This document shows, one piece after another, positions 60,199-64,000 of a stretch of 64,000 nt of DNA. This stretch comes from an uncultured Candidatus Rokubacteria bacterium. Lineage in GTDB: Bacteria; Methylomirabilota; Methylomirabilia; Rokubacteriales; CSP1-6. A model generated the notes under the pieces. The model did no database searches. It saw only the letters and a list, made by a program, of their open reading frames with translations, and was not told the DNA's origin. Both the position numbers and the translations under genes were made by a program. Position 1 is the stretch's first letter. Each line of letters begins with the position of its first letter. Location: assembly GCA_963771355.1 (NCBI GenBank), contig CAVYTA010000006.1, positions 1,152,001-1,216,000 of the forward strand, given 5' to 3'.

Positions 60199-60621
60199 CT
60201 AGCGGGCGTAAATTTCGCGCATCCGGTTCACGTACGTGTTGCCGGCCCCCTCGAGCTCCTTCGCCGTCTTCTCCGCGGAAGCCTGGAAGCGCTCGGCATT
60301 GCGCGCGACGATCTGGGCATTGGTCTCGACGAGCTTGGTCGCCCGCTGGGTCCCATCAGCCACTGCCTGGAGGCCCTTGCGGTACCAGGCGAGCGGATCG
60401 CGCCGGAGCTCATCGAGCACGTCGCCCTGGGGAAGGCCCGGCAGGGTGATCTCGCGGGCGGCCTCGAGGGCCGCCGCCTGCAGCTCGAGGTAGGTCTTCA
60501 TGCCCTCGCGGGCCGCCGAAGACCCGAGCTCCACGAGCTCGCCGATCACCCGCTCATTGGCCTGGGCATAGGCCGACACGGCGTCCAGAACCTTGTCCTT
60601 CACGGTGGTGGGGGTCTGCAT
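60199..60621 (-). CDS. Phasin-like amphipathic helical protein
   Basis: 140 aa rich in Ala/Glu/Gln, helical pattern; GAAGGAG SD; own promoter. Confidence 0.6.
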   Translation of the reverse strand: MQTPTTVKDKVLDAVSAYAQANERVIGELVELGSSAAREGMKTYLELQAAALEAAREITLPGLPQGDVLDELRRDPLAWYRKGLQAVADGTQRATKLVETNAQIVARNAERFQASAEKTAKELEGAGNTYVNRMREIYAR

Positions 60622-60693
60622 TGCGCGTCTCCTTCTCTTCTCCGGCCTCCGCCGGCTTGGGTTTGGACCGGGTCGGTCCCTGTCGTCATGGCT

Positions 60694-60744
60694 AAACTAA
60701 CACAGCGCGTTATACTGTCAAGCAGAATTTAACGCAGAGAGTCA
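60694..60744. promoter_or_regulatory. Promoter of the phasin-like gene with two copies of a palindromic operator
   Basis: Minus: TTGACA (60721-16)-16-TAGTTT (60699-94). TAACACAGCGCGTTA (60698-60712) and TAACGCAGAGAGTCA (60730-60744). Confidence 0.55.
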
Positions 60745-60790
60745 TTTACGCTATAGTGCTGATAATGCGCCATATAATTGAGGTCACGCC

Positions 60791-62060
60791 GTGAGCTCCC
60801 CCGCCCCACGCCAGCGTCGGATTGCTCTCATCGTCCTCCTGGCGGCGGTCTTCCTGGCCATCACGTCCTTCCCCTTCCGCGCCTCCTGGTGGGGTGGCTG
60901 GATCCTCGCGATCGCCGAGGCGGGCATCGTGGGCGGGCTCGCCGACTGGTTCGCCGTCACCGCGATCTTCCGCCGCCCGCTCGGACTCCCCATTCCCCAC
61001 ACCGCGCTGATCCCGGCCAACTGGGAGCTGATGGCGGAACGCGTCGGCACCATGGTCGGCGACCGCGTGCTCACCAAGGACTACGTCGCGCGCGAGGTGG
61101 CGCGCTTCGACATCGCCGATCTCCTCGCGCGTGCCGCCGACCGCGTGAAGCCCGAGGATCTCGAGGCCGTGCTGCGCGCGGCCGCGCGCTGGGCGGCGGA
61201 TCAGCTCACGCCCGAAGCCACCGCGGACATCGTGGCCTGGCTGCGCGGACTCCTCCTCGGCCGTCCCCTGGCTCCCCTCCTGGCGCGGGCCATCGAGATC
61301 GCGCAGCGCCAGGGCTGGGACCAGCGCGCGATCGAGGCGCTCGCCGGCGCCCTCGGCGACGCGCTGGATCGCCCCGACTTCCGCGCTGCGGTGGGCGAGT
61401 TGGTGGACGAAGTGCTCGCCGGCTATCGCGAGAAGATGGGCACCTACCCGCGGCTCCTGATCGGGCTGGCCAACGTCTTCGGTCTGATCAACCGGGACCG
61501 GCTCGTCGGCGTCCTCCACGGCGCCATCCGGAAGGTGGCCGCCGACCCCGCCGACCCGATGCGGCGGCGCCTCGTCGAGGTGATCGGTGCCCTCCCAGAG
61601 CGCCTGCGCCGCGATGCCGACCTGGCCGCGCGCGTGGAGACCGCGAAGACGGAGCTGCTCGCGAGCGCGGAGGTGACCCGGCTCATCGAGGACGCGACCG
61701 AGGGCCTCCGGCGCGCGCTCGTCTCGGACCTCGCGAGCGAGCGGTCCGAGACGGTGGCCTGGATCACCGCCCGTCTCGACGGGCTCCGCCGGCAGCTGTC
61801 CACGGACCCGGCCCTCCGCGCAGGCTCTCGACCGGTGGATCAAGACGCGCATCATCGGCCTGATCGAGCGCTACCACGACCGCATCGCGCGCTTCATCGA
61901 GCGGGGCGTCCACGCGCTGGGGCCCGAGGGCGCGGTGCGCCTCATCGAGGAGCACGCGGGGGACGATCTCCAGTACATCCGCGTCAACGGCACCGTGGTC
62001 GGCGGGCTCGCCGGCGGCGCCCTCTACGCGATCCACCTGCTGCTGCGCCTGCTGCTGTAA
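60791..62060 (+). CDS. DUF445 family membrane protein (one +1 frameshift near 61820)
   Basis: AEAGIVGGLADWFAVTAIFRRPLGLPIPHTA; the shifted frame gives DDLQYIRVNGTVVGGLAG, TAA at 62058-62060; span 1270 = 3n+1. Confidence 0.88.
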
Positions 62061-62063
62061 GGG

Positions 62064-62121
62064 GGCTGCCACACCTTTCGCCACTCCTTCGGCCACCCAC
62101 CCGCTCGAGGACGGCGCCGAG
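62064..62121 (+). pseudogene. Relic of a tyrosine recombinase (probably integron integrase) box II
   Basis: GGC TGC CAC ACC TTT CGC CAC TCC TTC g GCC ACC CAC CCG CTC GAG GAC GGC = GCHTFRHSF/ATHPLEDG with one extra base. Confidence 0.7.
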
Positions 62122-62309
62122 ACTCCTGTGACCCGCCATGCCGACCCCGCCCCCGCAGTCTCCGCCGCGCTACACAGGTCTGCGTATCCCCTCCCGCGCC
62201 CACCCCACCCCATGGCGAACTATGCGCCACCTAGGCTATTCTTGCGACGCAAGGAGGCCACCGGCCATGCTACGCAGCCTTCCCGCGCTACCACCTCCGC
62301 GCTACACAG

Positions 62310-62333
62310 AACTAGATAATTCTAGTTATGCGG
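62310..62333 (+). mobile_element. Candidate attI-like primary recombination site
   Basis: AACTAGA-TAAT-TCTAGTT inverted repeat ending in core GTTATGC (62325-62331); GTTATGCGG is the reverse complement of CCGCATAAC at attC1. Confidence 0.6.
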
Positions 62334-62365
62334 ACAGAGGAGGGCGCGAGCCCGAGAGGAGCCAT

Positions 62366-62743
62366 ATGCCTGACGCGCGTAAGCCGGGCGACGTTCATCC
62401 GTTGTTCGTGGCTGCCTTCAACGCAGGCGATCTCGACGCTCTCATGCAGTGCTTTGAGCCTGAGGCCTGCTTCGTATCCAAGTCGGGCCGTATCGCGGCC
62501 GGAGCCGACGCAGTCCGTGAGGCATATCGGCGAACACTCGCGAACAAGCCTCACATGGAGTTGGAGGTACGAAAGGTCTTGCCCGCGGGCCCCGGTCTGG
62601 CGTTGGTCATCGTCCCGTTCACGCAGAAGGCCGTCACGGGGGACGGACCGACGGAATGGCGCAGTGTAGCGACCGACATCGTTCGGCAGCAGCCCGATGG
62701 CAGTTGGCGGCTGGTTTTGGACAATCCGTTCGGTATCGAATGA
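62366..62743 (+). CDS. Gene cassette 1: SnoaL/DUF4440-like (NTF2) protein
   Basis: GAGGAG SD; FVAAFNAGDLDAL, RQQPDGSWRLVLDNP; codon usage differs from the chromosomal genes. Confidence 0.85.
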   Translation: MPDARKPGDVHPLFVAAFNAGDLDALMQCFEPEACFVSKSGRIAAGADAVREAYRRTLANKPHMELEVRKVLPAGPGLALVIVPFTQKAVTGDGPTEWRSVATDIVRQQPDGSWRLVLDNPFGIE

Positions 62744-62749
62744 ACGACC

Positions 62750-62837
62750 GCATAACACACGGCTGGAACGGACCGCCGTCAAGCGCCGTTTTGACCTCCG
62801 AGCGTGGTGCCGGCGGCCGCTCAGGCGAGCGTTCGGC
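62750..62837 (+). mobile_element. attC site 1
   Basis: R'' GCATAAC, arms GCTGGAACGGACCGCCG / CGGCGGCCGCTCAG, R' GTTCGGC; 88 bp, 6 nt after the stop codon. Confidence 0.8.
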
Positions 62838-62906
62838 GTTTGACAGGTAGCGCTTGCGAGTCGACAGAGCCGTGAGACCCGACTGGCCGCTTCAACGGAG
62901 AACTGC

Positions 62907-63899
62907 ATGCTGAAGACACGTCTCACGGACCTGCTGGGCCTTCGCTATCCTGTCATTTCGGCACCGATGGCGCGCATGAGCGGCGGCCGTCTGGCGGCGG
63001 CGGTCTCCGCGGCCGGCGGCCTCGGGACCTTCGGCGGCGTGGCTCTCGCAACCCCCACCGGACCGGAATACGTCCGTGAGCAGATCGCCACGATTCGGGC
63101 CCAGACGGATCGTCCGTTCGGCGTCGGTTTCATCACGCATTGGTTGTCGCGCGCACCCGAGAATTTCGAGGTCGTCCTGGAGGAGCGAGTACCGGTCGTA
63201 CTCTTCTCTTTCGCCGATCCCCGGCCGTGGATCGGTCGCGCGAGGGATGCGGGGGCCATTACCATCTGTCAGGTTCAGACGATCGACGGCGCCCGAACCG
63301 CCGTCTCGGCAGGCGCTCACGTCCTCGTCGCGCAGGGCAACGAATCCGGCGGCCACACTGGCGCCCTGCACCTGTTGCCGTTCCTCGTCCGCGTCATCGA
63401 GATGTTTCCCGAGTTACCGGTGGTCGCCGCCGGCGGGATCGCAAACGGCCGCTCGCTGGCCGCGGTCCTCGCCGCCGGCGCCGAAGGTGCCTGGGTTGGA
63501 ACGGCTTTCGTAGCAACGCCGGAGAACGAACTCCCCGAGGCCTACAAGGCACGCGTCGTCCAGCATCGGGGAGATGAGTCCGTCTACACCGAAGTGATGG
63601 ATATCGTCCTCACACGGATGCGCGGGTCGCCGGCCTGGCCGACTGGCATCGCCGCGCGCGTCCACAATAACGCTTTCATTCGCACATGGCACGGCCGCGA
63701 AGACGAGTTACGTGCCCAGCTCGACGAGGTCATCCCGATGTACGCCGAGGCCGCGAAGCGCGGAGACCAGGATGTCGTCCCCGTGTTGTTCGGGCGATCC
63801 GCCGATTTCGTCCACGCCGTGCGGCCTGCGGCCGACGTCCTCACCGAGATGTGCGCCGCCGCCGAGCGCCACCTACGCGGGCGCTGGAACGCCGATTGA
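62907..63899 (+). CDS. Gene cassette 2: nitronate monooxygenase / FabK-like flavin oxidoreductase
   Basis: PVISAPM, AAVSAAGGLG, QGNESGGH, VAAGGI.NGR, GAWVGTAF. Confidence 0.9.
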   Translation: MLKTRLTDLLGLRYPVISAPMARMSGGRLAAAVSAAGGLGTFGGVALATPTGPEYVREQIATIRAQTDRPFGVGFITHWLSRAPENFEVVLEERVPVVLFSFADPRPWIGRARDAGAITICQVQTIDGARTAVSAGAHVLVAQGNESGGHTGALHLLPFLVRVIEMFPELPVVAAGGIANGRSLAAVLAAGAEGAWVGTAFVATPENELPEAYKARVVQHRGDESVYTEVMDIVLTRMRGSPAWPTGIAARVHNNAFIRTWHGREDELRAQLDEVIPMYAEAAKRGDQDVVPVLFGRSADFVHAVRPAADVLTEMCAAAERHLRGRWNAD

Positions 63900-63914
63900 A
63901 GGTGGCCGAGTATC

Positions 63915-63984
63915 GCCGAACAACGCGCAGCACCCGACCGGGGCTCGCGTTGCTCGCTCCGGCGGGTGAGCGCCGGCGTTACAG
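63915..63984 (+). mobile_element. attC site 2
   Basis: R'' GCCGAAC (complement of GTTCGGC opening cassette 2), arms GCGCAGCACCCGACCGGGGC / GCTCCGGCGGGTGAGCGC, R' GTTACAG; 70 bp. Confidence 0.8.
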
Positions 63985-64000
63985 ACCGGTGATGGGGGCT

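Noticed and set aside
62138..62365. N-terminal extension of the 201-aa ORF 62138-62743
   Set aside because: Spans the attI-like region; ATG 62366 has a GAGGAG SD and begins the recognisable domain.
1..64000. CRISPR array, rRNA, tRNA, IS transposase, prophage genes
   Set aside because: None recognised by eye; short RNAs could be missed without covariance searches.

Overview
A very GC-rich bacterial chromosomal segment. Gene content and style resemble Candidatus Rokubacteria/Methylomirabilota, which is inference only. Most genes lie on the minus strand. In order: hemC-hemA-ccsA; a Tat-exported selenocysteine formate dehydrogenase operon (FdnG with in-frame UGA and SECIS, Fe-S subunit, NrfD-type anchor, fdhD, fdhE); ilvBNC-psd-pssA-leuB-asd-truA; ppdK; an operon of an oxalate-oxidoreductase-like three-subunit 2-oxoacid:ferredoxin oxidoreductase, a tripartite tricarboxylate transporter, TerC and a FadR-type GntR regulator; a MocR/PdxR-pdxS/pdxT operon; a caspase-fold hypothetical; an amidase with a small partner; an Opp transporter; a corrinoid-activator (RACo-like)/MaoC/UroD-family cluster; ychF; queF; DUF1800/DUF1501; and a lipase/WS-DGAT/phasin lipid-storage locus. 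The right edge holds the start of an integron cassette array (two cassettes, two attC sites) behind a tiny integrase relic. Highlights: (1) the same TGGTC-N-GACCA operator precedes the formate dehydrogenase and the OOR-like operon 19 kb apart, suggesting one C1/C2-acid regulon; (2) the integron array; (3) recurrent leaderless and overlapping divergent promoters; (4) an apparent ACG start codon for truA. Four single-base frameshifts in otherwise intact genes are probably sequencing errors.
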